Made by a program: the position numbers and the translations under genes
The notes under the pieces: model-generated
The model's input: only the letters and a program-made list of their open reading frames with translations
Database searches by the model: none
What the model was told of the DNA's origin: nothing
In this document: piece by piece, positions 42,113-55,567 of the stretch
Layout: every line of letters starts with the position of its first letter
How positions within the stretch are numbered: position 1 is the stretch's first letter
NCBI GenBank assembly: GCA_951406725.2
Contig: OX597816.1
Span: 176,266,001 to 176,330,000, forward strand
DNA length: 64,000 bases
Origin: Octopus vulgaris
Lineage: Eukaryota
Direction: 5' to 3'

Positions 42113-42919
42113 TAGTTTTCCTTTTTGGTAACACATTGCACATGGCTGCCTATATTTATTTTTTGTATTCACATTAGCAATTTGCTAAATCATCCATAGG
42201 TTTTGATAGTGAATACATTAGTACTGACAGAAAATTAAGTCCGGAATCAGCCCATATGTGTGTGCATGCACATATACTCATATATAAGTTAGAAAGGAAC
42301 ATATATAGCATATTGATGTGCGTATTGACATTATTACATGTTGCATGTGTGTGTGTGTCTGTGTGTGTGTGTGTATATATGTATATATGAATGTATGTAT
42401 GTATATGTGTGTTTATATGTACTTGCATGCATGTACGTGGGCACATACACACACACACACACACATGTATAAACATAGGTATAAATATTGTTTCAGTTTT
42501 ACATTATTTTATTCCATGAACAGAAATATTACTTTTTCCCTTTGCTCTCATTTTCTGTTATTCATTATATTAATTTACGCATATATTATCTAACCCACCA
42601 TTCATGTTAATATTACTATTATCAAATTGAAATAAAAGGAATAATTTTACGCATGCGTACACACACACACACAAACGGAGATATATACACGAATAGTAAA
42701 CATGTTTATATATTGTGTATATTCCAAAAGCATACTCATGTAATCTTTATTGCTTTTAAAACCACAACAGTTTTCCTTATAAGGTATTTAAAATTCAAAA
42801 CTATATTTTTATGTTTTGTAATTTTAAATATATTTCAGAAAAGAAACACTTGTTGTTTAATATGTTGATAGATTAATAAATTGATTTGTATCTATTACGT
42901 CTCACTGTTTTTCAAAATA

Positions 42920-44188
<1,269 letters not shown>

Positions 44189-44401
44189 TACTCTTTTACT
44201 TGTTTCAGTCATTTGACTGCTGCCATGCTGGAGCACCGCCTTTAATCGAGCAACTCGACCTCGGGACTTATTCTTTTGTAAGCCCAGTACTTATCCTATC
44301 GGTCTCTTTTGCCGAACCGCTAAGTAACAGGGACATAAATACACCAGCATCGGTTGTCAAGCAATGCTAGGGGGACAAACACACTCACACAAACACACAT
44401 A

Positions 44402-44457
<56 letters not shown>

Positions 44458-44619
44458 GACGGGCTTCTTTCAGTTTCCGTCTACCAAATCCAGTCACAAG
44501 GCTTTGGTCGGCCCGAGGCTATAGTAGAAGACACTTGCCCAAGGTGCCACGCAGTGGGACTGAACCCGGAACCATGTGGTTGGTAAACAAGCTACTTACC
44601 ACACAGCCACTCCTGCACC
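44189..44619 (-). mobile_element. tRNA-derived SINE, family A
   Basis: Full copy; its head abuts the A-rich tail of the LINE fragment at 44622. Confidence 0.93.
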
Positions 44620-44621
44620 TG

Positions 44622-45059
44622 TATTTTTATTTCCCACCTAGTTTCCGCTTATAAGCTGTGGCCATGCTGGGGCACCGCCATTTGGTGTTGCCAGATAATT
44701 TTATTTCAGGAATGCTTTTAAGCAATTGACATTTGGTGCATGAGAGAGTTTGATGCAGCTGCCCTCATCTGCACCTCTTGCCGCGAAGTTGGTTCATCTG
44801 GGAAACCTAACAGGAAGAGTTCCAGCTTTATTTTGAAGACACCTACATCCACTCCATGCAGGTCTCTCAGGTCCTTCGGGAGGTTATTGAACAGCTGTGG
44901 AGCTCTGAATCCCAGGCTATTGCAGTATCTTGTCCTACATCTTGATGGCAAATTTGGAGTCCTTGGCACTATGCATTGGCGCCCAGTTCTAGTATTTGTG
45001 TAACTCTCGATGCCAAAGTTTGGGACAAGTCCTTCCAGGATCTTCCATATGTATATTAT

Positions 45060-45062
<3 letters not shown>
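44622..45062 (-). mobile_element. 3' fragment of the same CR1-group LINE as 18345-22112
   Basis: ORF 44718-44969 (PRTPNLPSRCRTRYC...[14 protein letters not shown]) is nearly identical to ORF 21767-22030. Confidence 0.92.
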
Positions 45063-45093
<31 letters not shown>

Positions 45094-47783
45094 TCATCAT
45101 CATCATCGTTTAACGTCTGCTTTCCATGCTTGCATGGATTGGACGATTTTGAGGGCTAGCGAACCAGATGGCTGCACCAGGCTCCAATCTTGATCTGACA
45201 GAGTTTCTACAGCTGGATGCCCTTCCTAATGCCAACCACTCTGAGAGTGTAGTGGGTGCTTTTTATGTACAACTGGCACAAGGGCCTGTCAGGTGGTACT
45301 GGCAACATACTCGCTCAAATGCCACGGGCACAGGTGCTATTGAAGCGACATTGGTAGCGATCACGCTCAAATGGTGCCCTTTTACATGCCACGAGTATGG
45401 AAGCCAGTTGGCTGCTCTGGCAACGACCACGCTCAGATTAGCATCCTACTAGCACATGCACAAGTGCCAGTAAGATGACGCTGGTAACGATCATACTTGA
45501 ATGTTGCCCTTTTATGTGTCACTGGCATGGAAGCCGGTTAGCCGCTCTGTCAACGATCACACTTGTATGGTGCTCTTTGCACCCCGCTAGCACAGATGCC
45601 AATCATCAAATTGATTTTGGTTTTCATTTTGATTTCACTTGCCTCAACAGGTCTTTGCAAGCAGAGTTTAGTGACCAAAGAAGGAAAAGGTACGCATAAG
45701 CGGGCTGGTTACACTCCTGGCATAGGCCACGAGATTATGGTCTCATTTGTCATGCCAGGTCTTCTCATGCACAGCATATTTCCAAAAAACTGGATTGCTA
45801 GTCATTTTCTTGGTGAGGCCTAATGTTCGAAGGTTGTGCTGCACCACTTCGTCCAAGATCTTCCTGGGTCTACCTCTTCCACAGGTTCTCTCAACCGCTA
45901 GGGTGTGACACTTTTTCCCACAGCTATCCTCATCCATTCTCGCCACATGACCATACCAGCGCAAACGTCTCTCTTGCACACCACATCTGATGCTTCTTAG
46001 GTCCAACTTTTCTCTCAAGGTACTTACACTCTGTCGAGTATGAACACTGACATTACACATCCATCGGAGCATACTGGCTTCATTTCTTGCGAGCTTACGC
46101 ATATCCTCAGCAGTCACGGCCTATGTTTCACTGCTATGTAGCATGGCTGTTCGTACACATGCATCATACAGTCTACCTTTTACTCTGAACAAGAGGCCCT
46201 TTGTCACCAGCAGAGGTAAGAGCTCTCTGAACTTTGCCCAGGTTATTTTTATTCTAGCAGCTACACTTTCAGCACACCCTCCCCATCTACTGACTTGGTC
46301 ACCTAGGTAACGGAAGCTATCAACTACTTCTAGTTCTTCTCCCTGGAATGTGACGGAAGTTCTCTGCACATTTTCAGTGTTTATTGCTCCTGAGCATCTG
46401 CCACATACAAAAACTATCTTCCTAGTTAGCCTTCCTTTAACATTGCTGCACCTCTTATGTGTCCATAGCTTACACTGGCTACATCTTATAGAGTTTCTAC
46501 CTACGCCTTTTCTACAGGTCGAGCAGGGCCATCTACCTGAAGGGACTTGTTGTTTGCCTGCCCTCCTACTTATTAGGACTTTGGTTTTAGCTAAGGCCTT
46601 TTGATTCTAATCCTTGCTTCCACACCTGAAACTTCTCCTCTAGTTCTGATAGTGACTCAACAATTAGAGCAAAGTCGTCAGCATAGAGGAGCTCCCAGGG
46701 GCAACCTGTCTTGAATTCTTCTGTTATTGCCTGGAGGACTATGATAAATAGGAGGGGGCTAAGGACTGAACCTTGGTGCTCCTCTACCTCCACCCGGAAT
46801 TCTTCATTGTACTCGTTGCCATCTACCTGAAGGTGTTTGTGATTTGTCTACCTTCCTACTTTAGCTAGGTTGATTCTAAGGCCCTTCGATTCTAATCCTT
46901 GCTTCCACGTCTGAAACTTCTCCTCCTTTCTGATAGTGACTCAGCAATTAGAGCAAGGTCATCAGCATAGAGGAGCTCCCAGGGGCATCCTGTCTTGAAT
47001 TCCTCCGTTATTGCTTGGAGGACTATGATAAATAGGAAGGGGCTGAGGACTGAACCTTGGTGGACCCCAACCTCTACCTGGAATTCTTCACTGTACTCGT
47101 TCCCAACCTTCACCTTACTAACAGCATCCCTGTACATGGCTCGCACAGCTCTCACTAACCATTCATCTATCCCTAGTTTCCTCATTGACCACCAGATAAG
47201 GGATCGGGGGACCCTGTCAAAGCCAGGTACAGAGGTTTATCTTTGGCTAGGTATTTCTCCTGCAGCTGTCTCACCAGAAATATGGCATCAGTGGTGCTTT
47301 TCCCTGCCACCTAACCAAACTGCATCTCGTCCAAGTTGACCCTCTCCCTAATCAGTTGGGCTATGACCCTCTCCGTAACCTTCATTACCTGATCCAACAG
47401 CTTGATACCTCTGTAATTATTTGTCTCTAGGGCGTCACCTTTACCTTTATAGCACTTGACTATTATGCTGCTACACCAGTCATTGGGTATGACTCTTTCG
47501 TGTATCACCTGGTTTACTATACAGGTGACTAGGCCATAGCCGACACTACCAGATGTTTTGAGCATCTCTGCAGTAATTCCTGATGGGCCTGGGGCTTTCC
47601 CTGTCTTCATGCTTCTAATTGCCTTAACTACCAAAGAACTGTCAACTCGGATAGCTGGTCCCTCTGTTGGGTCGACATTCGGCAGACTCTCTTTAACCCA
47701 TTCATCTTCTTTATTCAGCAACCTTTCATAGTGGCATCTCCAAACCTCTCTCTTTGCATCTTCATTTAGTGCAAGTGAACCAT
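45094..47783 (-). mobile_element. RTE-clade LINE, 5'-truncated, internally rearranged
   Basis: RT fragments (NYRGIKLL, HQGSVLSP, LLYADD) and C-terminal RRLRWYGHVARM...GRGRPRK; (GAT)n tail at 45094. The QGS-YADD segment occurs twice. Confidence 0.93.
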
Positions 47784-48072
47784 ATACATATATATGTACA
47801 TGGCAATAAGAAAAGGGAAAGGATACAAAACGACATATATGATCCAGTAGAACCTTCCTAAAGACTCCACCAAAGAACAACTATACTCACTTATCACCAT
47901 TGGACGAAGTAACATGGATCCTGGAATAATACATCACCGGAAGTTTGTAGCCTATTTCCCCTCCCTATGCCTGATTCATTTTAATAAGTTGTACCTCTCT
48001 CACAGCCTCATGTTTGCTCCTATTCTTTTCCAATGACAAATACACTACCTATTGTTAACTGTTTATTATTTA

Positions 48073-48767
48073 CTAGCAGTATCGCCCGGCATTGCTTGGG
48101 TTTGTAAGGGAAATAACTATATAAGCATTTTTAGAGAGTTATAGCCAAAAAATAGCCAAAAAATGCATTAAAAATGGAAAAAAATGATGGTAAATTTTTT
48201 TTAAATCGTTGACTCATTGTAGACATTTTTAGAGAGTTACTTCTCTTATATAATAGCAGAAAAAATGCATTAAAATGGAAAAAAATGATGGTAAATTTTT
48301 TTTAAATCGTTGACTCATTGTAGACATTTTTAGAGAGTTACTTCTCTTATATAATAGCAGAAAAAAATGCATTAAAATGGAAAAAAATTATGGTAAATTT
48401 TTTTTAAATCGTTGACTCATCGTAGACATTTTTAGAGAGTTATAGCCTAAAAATAGCAAAAAAAATGCATTAAAATGGAAAAAAATGATGGTAAATTTTT
48501 TTTTAAATCGTAGACTCATCGTAGACATTTTTAGAGAGTTACTTTTCTAATAGCAGAAAAAATGCATTAAAATGGGGAAAAAATTATGGTAAATTATTTT
48601 TTAAATTGTAGACTCATCGTAGATGCGTGCTAATACCCAGAAGGGCTCGATATGAATCACGACTATAAGATACCCGGTTTTGGTTAAACTGCACCGCAAA
48701 ATGTGGGAGTAGTTAGGAATCTAAATCGTAGGAGACAGACACACAACTTCACTTTTATATATAAAGA
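48073..48767 (-). mobile_element. Non-autonomous Helitron with an internal ~100-bp minisatellite
   Basis: Shares the CTAG/hairpin 3' end with 30798. About five ~100-bp units span ~48128-48625. Different 5' part ending in A|TC on minus. Confidence 0.82.
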
Positions 48768-48786
48768 TATTGGCCCTCCTAACCAC

Positions 48787-48912
48787 TTAGACCCTCTGAA
48801 GAAGCCGAGAGGCATCCAAACTTTATCTGCCCTTCCCCACAAAACACTGATGAGATGGAGATGACATGTAGGATTTCATTGCCGCTTGGCAGAAATGGCC
48901 ATAAGGAACTGA
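48787..48912 (+). ncRNA. Type I hammerhead ribozyme-like motif with extended stem II
   Basis: cct-CTGAAGA(48796-48802)-a-gccgag...cttggc-a-GAAA(48892-48895)-tggcca-TA-agg. Confidence 0.55.
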
Positions 48913-49230
48913 TCTTTTGCTCTTTTCTGTAATATTAATGTGTGTGTAACACATGGTTACTACATGTGTATGTTTTTTCTAATACTTTCTAATGCTTTGG
49001 AATAATTAGACATGCTGCAATGGATGATATCTGTCGTTTTTGTATCCTCTCCTATTTCTTATTTGCCGTATAAATTAAGGGTAAAACACTCAATTGTGAG
49101 ATTGCCACCCAATAACCAGCATTTGGGTATGAATAATTGGGTACACTACCAGCAATATATTGGATAGGTACTATCCCTTACTTGGTTATTTTCCAAACCT
49201 CTAACTCTCACAGAAATATATATATATATC

Positions 49231-49265
<35 letters not shown>

Positions 49266-49658
49266 TATAAAATGAGATAGGGGTTGAAAATTCAACCCAC
49301 CATGGGATAATATATATCCAATATACTGCTATTAACAAGTATCTTCAGAGAATTAAATTAAATTTGTTATAATAGTATATTATATAATCATATACATATA
49401 AATATAAAAATCATGTAAAATATAAAAACTTATATATCATAATGCTACACGTATATAATATAATACACATTTGTAGCATGGAAGGTAAACAGAACAATAT
49501 AAAACAAAATATATAACAGTGTATATATTAATATTAATAAGCCGATATTATACATATTTGGCTAATAGTTTTTTTATAAAAAAAGGGGGCTAACCATATG
49601 GAGATGAAAAAATAATTAAATCTGGCAGTTCATTTCTACGGCTATAAAAGCCCTTACT

Positions 49659-49659
<1 letters not shown>

Positions 49660-49699
<40 letters not shown>

Positions 49700-49710
49700 T
49701 AATAATAATA
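49660..49710. repeat. (AAT)n microsatellite
   Basis: Direct reading of the sequence. Confidence 0.9.
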
Positions 49711-49784
49711 AAAAAATACTAAAAATAGATACAGTTAAGTAGCACCAGTCCATCCTTTCAAGATCGAAATAACTATAGTTATTC

Positions 49785-52700
49785 CAGAGGCTGGCAACGG
49801 ACACGAAACGGGGCGGTGCTGGCAACGGTCGCGAAACGGAAAGTTCTCTTACATGCCACCGGCACTGGTAACACATCTGCAATTTCCATTGATCGATTTC
49901 CATTGATCGATTTCGATTCTGATCGTCACTTGCCTCAACGGGTCTTCACAAGCAGAGTTTTGACATGCCACCGGCACTGGTAGCACATCCGCAATTTCCA
50001 TTGATCGATTTCGATTCTGATCCTCACTTGCCTCATCACGTCTTCACAAGTAGAGTTTTGTGTCCCAAGAAGGGAAGGTATGCATACGTAGGCTGGCTCC
50101 ATCACATGTAGAAGGCCACGGGTTATGGACTCACTTGTCCTGCCGGGTCTTCTCGCGCACAGCACACTTCCAGAGGTCTCGGTCTCTAGTCATTTCCTCA
50201 GTGAGACCTAAAGTTCGAAGGTCGTGCTTCACCACCTCGTCCAGGTTTTCCTGGGTCTGCCTCTTCCACAGGTTCCCTCAACCGCTAGGGTGTGGCACTT
50301 TTTCACACAACTATCTTCATCCATTCTCGCCACATGACCATACCAGCGCAAACGTCTCTCTTGCACACCACAACTGATGCTTCTTAGGTCCAGCTTTTCT
50401 CTCAAGGTACTTACACTCTGCCGAGTGTGAGTACCGGCATTACACATCCATCGGAGCATACTGGCTTCATTTCTAGCGAGCTTACGCATATCCTCAGCAG
50501 TCACGGCCCATGTTTCACTGCCATGTAGCATGGCTGTTCGTACACACGCATCATACAGTCTGCCTTTCACTCTGTGCGAGAGGCCTTTTGTCACCAGCAG
50601 AGGTAAGAGCTCTCTGAACTTTGCCCAAGCTATTCTTACTCTAGCAGTTACACTTTCAGCACACCCGCCCCCGCTGCTGACTTGGTCACCTAGGTAACGG
50701 AAACTATCAACTATTTCTAGTTTTTCTCCCTGGAAAGTGACGGAAGTTGGTCTCAGAGCATTTTCAGTGTTTATTGTTCCTGAGCATCTGCCACATACAA
50801 AAACCATCTTCCTAGTTAGCCTTCCTTTGACATTGCTGCACCTCTTATGTGTCCATAGCTTACACTTGGTGCATCTTATAGAGTTTCTACCTACACCTTT
50901 TCTACAGATCGAGCAGGGCCATCTACCTGAAGGTGTTTGTGATTTGTCTACCTTCCTACTGATTACGACTTTGGTTTTAGCTAGATTGACTCTGAGGCCC
51001 TTCGATTCTAATCCTTGTTTCCACACCTGAAACTTCTCCTCCAGTTCTGATAGCGACTCAGCAATTAGAGCAAGGTCATCAGCATAGAGGAGCTCCCAAG
51101 GGCATCCTGTCTTGAATTCCTCCGTTATTGCCTGGAGGACTATGATAAATAGGAGGGGGCTGAGTACTGAGCCTTGGTGGACTCCTACCTCTACCCGGAA
51201 TTCTTCACTGTACACATTTCCAACCCTCACCCTACTAGCAGCGTCCCTGTACATGGCCCGCACAGCTCTCACTAACCATTCATCTATCCCTAGTTTCCTC
51301 ATTGCCCACCAGATAAGGGATCGGGGGACCCTGTCGAAGGCTTTCTCCATGTCAACAAAAGCCAGGTACAGGGGCTTATCTTTGGCTAGGTATTTCTCCT
51401 GCAGCTGCCTTACCAGGAATATAGCATCAGTAGTACTTTTCCCTGGCACAAACCCAAACTGCATCTCATCTAAACTAACTCTCTCTCTAATTAGTTGGGC
51501 TATGACCCTCTCCGTAACCTTCATCACCTGGTCCAACAGCTTGATACCTCTGTAGTTATTTGTATCTAGGGCATCACCTTTACCTTTGTAGCAGTTGACT
51601 ATTATACTGCTACACCAGTCATTGGGTATGACCCCTTTGTGTATCACCTGATTAACTATACGGGTGACTAGGCTATAGCCGACACTACCAGACATTTTGA
51701 GCATCACTGCAGTGATTCCTGATGGGCCTGGGGCTTTCCCTGTCTTCATGCTTCTAATTGCCTTAGCTACCACGGAACTATCAACTCGGATAGCTGGTCC
51801 CTCTGTTGGGTCAACATTCGGCAGACTCTCTTTATCCCATTCATTTTCTTCATTCAGCAACCTTTCATAGTGGCATCTCCAAACCTCTCTCTTTGCATCC
51901 TCATTTAGCGCAAGTGAACCATCTTCCATGCGAACACACTTCTCTCCTACCACATCACGATTCTCTCTCACACACTGTCTTGCAACACGAAACACCTCCA
52001 GTCTTTGGTCCTCACGGCGCAGAACATTGGCAAATTTTTTCTTATCTGCTTCCCCTCTGGCTAAATAAACCTGTCTCCTAGCTTCTCTTTTGGCAGTCTG
52101 ATACAATCCCCTGCTACCCCCATTTTTCCAGACCTTCCAAGCCTGTCTCTTTTCTCTAATAGCCCTGTCTACAATATTGTTCCACCACCACGTTATTCTA
52201 GGTCGAGAGGGGACTTTGCACCAGCCACAGATCTGGTCAGTGGCTCTCAGCAGGTTGTCCCTTAGAAACGTCCAGCTGTCTTCTACCCCCTGTGATGCTC
52301 TATCCCCTTCTACTTCGTCAGAGGCTTCAAGTAATATGTCCCTAAATCTCTGTCCATTTGCAGGATCTTTAAGCTTCCAGATCCTTCTTCTCCATATTTG
52401 TCGTCTTCTGGTTGTCCTCCTAGTCCTGATCCTAAAGTCACTAACTACCAGTCTATGTTGTGGGGTACATTCTTCACCTGGGAAGGTTTTGGCATTTATA
52501 AGCAGCCATCTCTCCCTTTGCCTTGTAAGGATGTAGTCAATTTGGCTGGTATGTTGGCCCGATTGGTAAGTGACTAGGTGGCTGGTAGGTTTCCTGAAGT
52601 TAGTGTTGCAAATCATAAGATTATTTGCATCGCAGAACTCCAGCAGCCTGGTTCCCTCCTCGTTGCAGGAGCCATAGCCATAGCCTCCATGTACGCCATG

Positions 52701-53232
52701 GAAGCCCCCAGCATGTCATCCAACGTGACCATTGAAGTCACCAGCCACAAAGATAAGGTCTCTGTCGTTTGTCAACGAGGTAGTCTGCAGTAGAGTGTCA
52801 TAGAATCGGTCTTTCTGTCCATCGGGTAGCCCCGACTGAGGAGCATAGGCTGATATAATGGTTGCTAAACTATGATGAAGCACTAATCTAATCTTAAGTA
52901 TTCTGTCACATACTCTGATTACCTCAATTACTTTATCTACCCATTTCTCAGCGATAAGTATACCCACGCCACCAACCCCGTCAGTGTTCCCTGCCCAGAA
53001 AATCTTGTACCTGCGTTCCTTGCCTGTAAGGAACCTAGCTGATCCTCCTCTCCACCTTATTTCTTGCATGCAACATATATCCACACATCTCCGTTCAAGC
53101 ATCTCGACTATCTCACCAGACCTACCTTTCAGAGTGCCAACGTTGAGGGTGCCAACCCTGAGGGTGTGGGAGGCATGGGCTCTAGAGACCCTGGGACGGT
53201 GGACAGTAGCTTCATGTACCTGAAAAGAAAGC
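49785..53232 (-). mobile_element. Young, nearly intact RTE-clade LINE (single APE-RT ORF)
   Basis: APE motifs (VGTLNVGTL, CMQEIRW, SAYAPQ, AGDFNGHVG, QIDYIL) and RT motifs (FVDMEKAFDRV, HQGSVLSP, LLYADD) in ORFs 52716-53342 and 50229-52616. One in-frame TGA at 52716-52718 and one 1-nt deletion near 50242. The terminal (GAT)n tail is missing. Confidence 0.96.
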
Positions 53233-53291
<59 letters not shown>

Positions 53292-53532
53292 GTCTCTGTT
53301 GCGTTTACATTCTTTCCTTCGACCAAGAAATCTAATGCTCACAGCTTAGTTTTTCCCCTGGGGCTGGCCGAGTTGGAGCAAATATCAGAATTAAACAGCT
53401 GAAATTTGCCATGATGATTTGGTTTCTGACTGAAGATTGAAGGCTTCGAATGACTTGTCTGATTTCCGTGTTCGTCCCTTCGTGTATTTCACGTTCTTTA
53501 TATATAAATTTTTATTCCTATATATATATATC

Positions 53533-53574
<42 letters not shown>

Positions 53575-53892
53575 ATATATGGAGAGTGTGTAGATGTAGC
53601 TGTCTATATGTCTCTTATATGTGCATATGTATATGCATACCTACGTATGTGTTGTGTGTGCATGCATGTATATGTGTGTCTGTGTGTGTGTATATATATG
53701 TGTGTGTATGCATGTATACATATGTGTGTGTCTATATAGATAGATAGATAAGGGTGTATGAAAGTATCTATGGGTATATGTATGTATCCTGTACATGTGT
53801 ATACGCATGAATTTTTGTTAATACAAACATTAAACTACATTTTCTCTCCCTATTGCCCCCCTCTCCCTCTCTCTAAGTGTTTAGATATAGCC

Positions 53893-54110
53893 GTCTCCCT
53901 AACCCTAAGCCTAATGCTAACCCCTAACCCTAAACCCTAACACTAACCCCAACCCCTAACCCCAACCCCTAACCTAACCCTAACCCCAACCCCAACTGTA
54001 ACCCTAACCCTAACTGTAACCCTAAACCCTAACCCTAACCCCAACCCTAACTGTAACCCTAACCCCTAACCCTAACTGTAACCCTAACCCCTAACCCTAA
54101 CCCTAACCCT
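53893..54110. repeat. Degenerate interstitial telomere-type repeat (CCCTAA)n
   Basis: ccctaa units mixed with ccccaa, cccctaa and ctgtaa variants. Confidence 0.9.
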
Positions 54111-54575
54111 CAATATCAAAGATCAAATTGATACAGGTGCATTAAACCAGCGTTTGTAAAAATCTGCCTCCACTCGTTGCCTTCTTCCCTACCTTACCCT
54201 TACTTGCCTCTACCCTCAGTTCTTTTTCTCCTCCTCACCTCACTTTCTTCTTCACCCTTTCCTTTCTTTCTTATTTCCTTTTTCCCTTCTTCCTTTTCTT
54301 AAAGTTGCATATTTATACATATATATATGCAAGACTGATGCATGTATATGCATTTGCATATATATATATATGTGTGCATGGATGTTTGTTTGTATGTAGA
54401 TATTGTGCCATGATTGCGCATATTAAGCTGTATATTTGCTATTGAATTTTCTGTTTATTTTAATATCACTTATTTTTTATCTCTGTCTTTCAATCTCACT
54501 TTAATAGTAATCAATTATTATCAATTTATTATTTGCTGTACTTCTCCCCCAGCTCTGTTTTTATCATAGTATTTA

Positions 54576-55280
54576 TATTTATTACACACATGTGAGTGAG
54601 AACACTTTGAGATATTTTTGGTATCTAACATATGTCAGATACTTTGAGCGCTGCTTCTGATTGGTCAATCCATGGTGATGACCCGAGGTCACGGTGACGG
54701 CACTACTTTTGTCATTCATAAGTTACAACTAAACTTCATTCATTACTTTCATGAGCAGGTAGAATGTAGCCATGTAATTAAATAAACATACTATCTTTTT
54801 TATACCAGATATCACTTAGTCATATACACATAAAATATAAACATTTCTGGTGGTAATTCAATTTTTTGTTGCCAAAAAAGTGTTATGTATTTCTTGAACG
54901 TGAACTTGAATGTTAACAAAATGTTAAACAGTCATCAGTTTTCAGTCATTTCACCTGAAAACTTAGCGCTATAAAGTCGGACTATCTTCCTGCGGCATGA
55001 CATCTTTTACAGTTACACATTGTGACGTCACCGACGTGAAATCAAGCTGTATTCATGCGCGCTTCAACACGATGTGAAGAATTTAGTTATTGGGTTAATA
55101 AAATATGGTCGTTTATTCGTGTGTAATAAATAAAATACCAAACTCATTCCCTATGGATACCGTATTTATTACAACTCGTGGCTTGTAAACGTATCTAACT
55201 CACTTTCGCTCGTTAGATACATTTACAAGCCACTCGTAATAAATACGGTATCCATAGGGAACTCGTTTGGTATTCTCTAT
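54576..55280. mobile_element. Non-autonomous element with a 14-bp inverted repeat pair and a 141-nt terminal hairpin
   Basis: tatttattacacac (54576-54589) pairs with gtgtgtaataaata (55119-55132). A near-perfect foldback spans 55134-55274. Confidence 0.6.
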
Positions 55281-55514
55281 ATACCTTAGTGGTAATTTTC
55301 AACCCCATCCCCCTAAATACCCAGCTGGCAATGAATATTACAGCATTATATTTTGAAAATCAACCATACAATCAAATTTAAATGCTTATTCATGTATTTG
55401 TATGACATCACACTATATCTGAATTTTAATTCAGTTTTCATCACAACTGTCCAACAAACAGGAACATGAAACTCTGAGTAACACTTTTGTGATAATTTTG
55501 CAGCTTTAATAACA

Positions 55515-55565
<51 letters not shown>

Positions 55566-55567
<2 letters not shown>

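Larger units (their letters stand above)
47800..49069 (+). mobile_element. Repeat bounded by ~48-bp inverted ends, carrying a hammerhead-like motif (PLE-derived or MITE-like), with a nested Helitron
   Basis: 47800-47847 (atggcaataagaaaagggaaaggatacaaaacgacatatatgatcca) is an imperfect reverse complement of 49021-49069. Confidence 0.5.

Noticed and set aside
50737-53223. Plus-strand ORFs overlapping RTE copies
   Set aside because: They are antisense shadows of the RTE ORF.
53425-53465. Third hammerhead-like motif (ctgaaga...ttcgaatgacttgtc)
   Set aside because: The GAAA core is broken and stem I does not pair in this copy.
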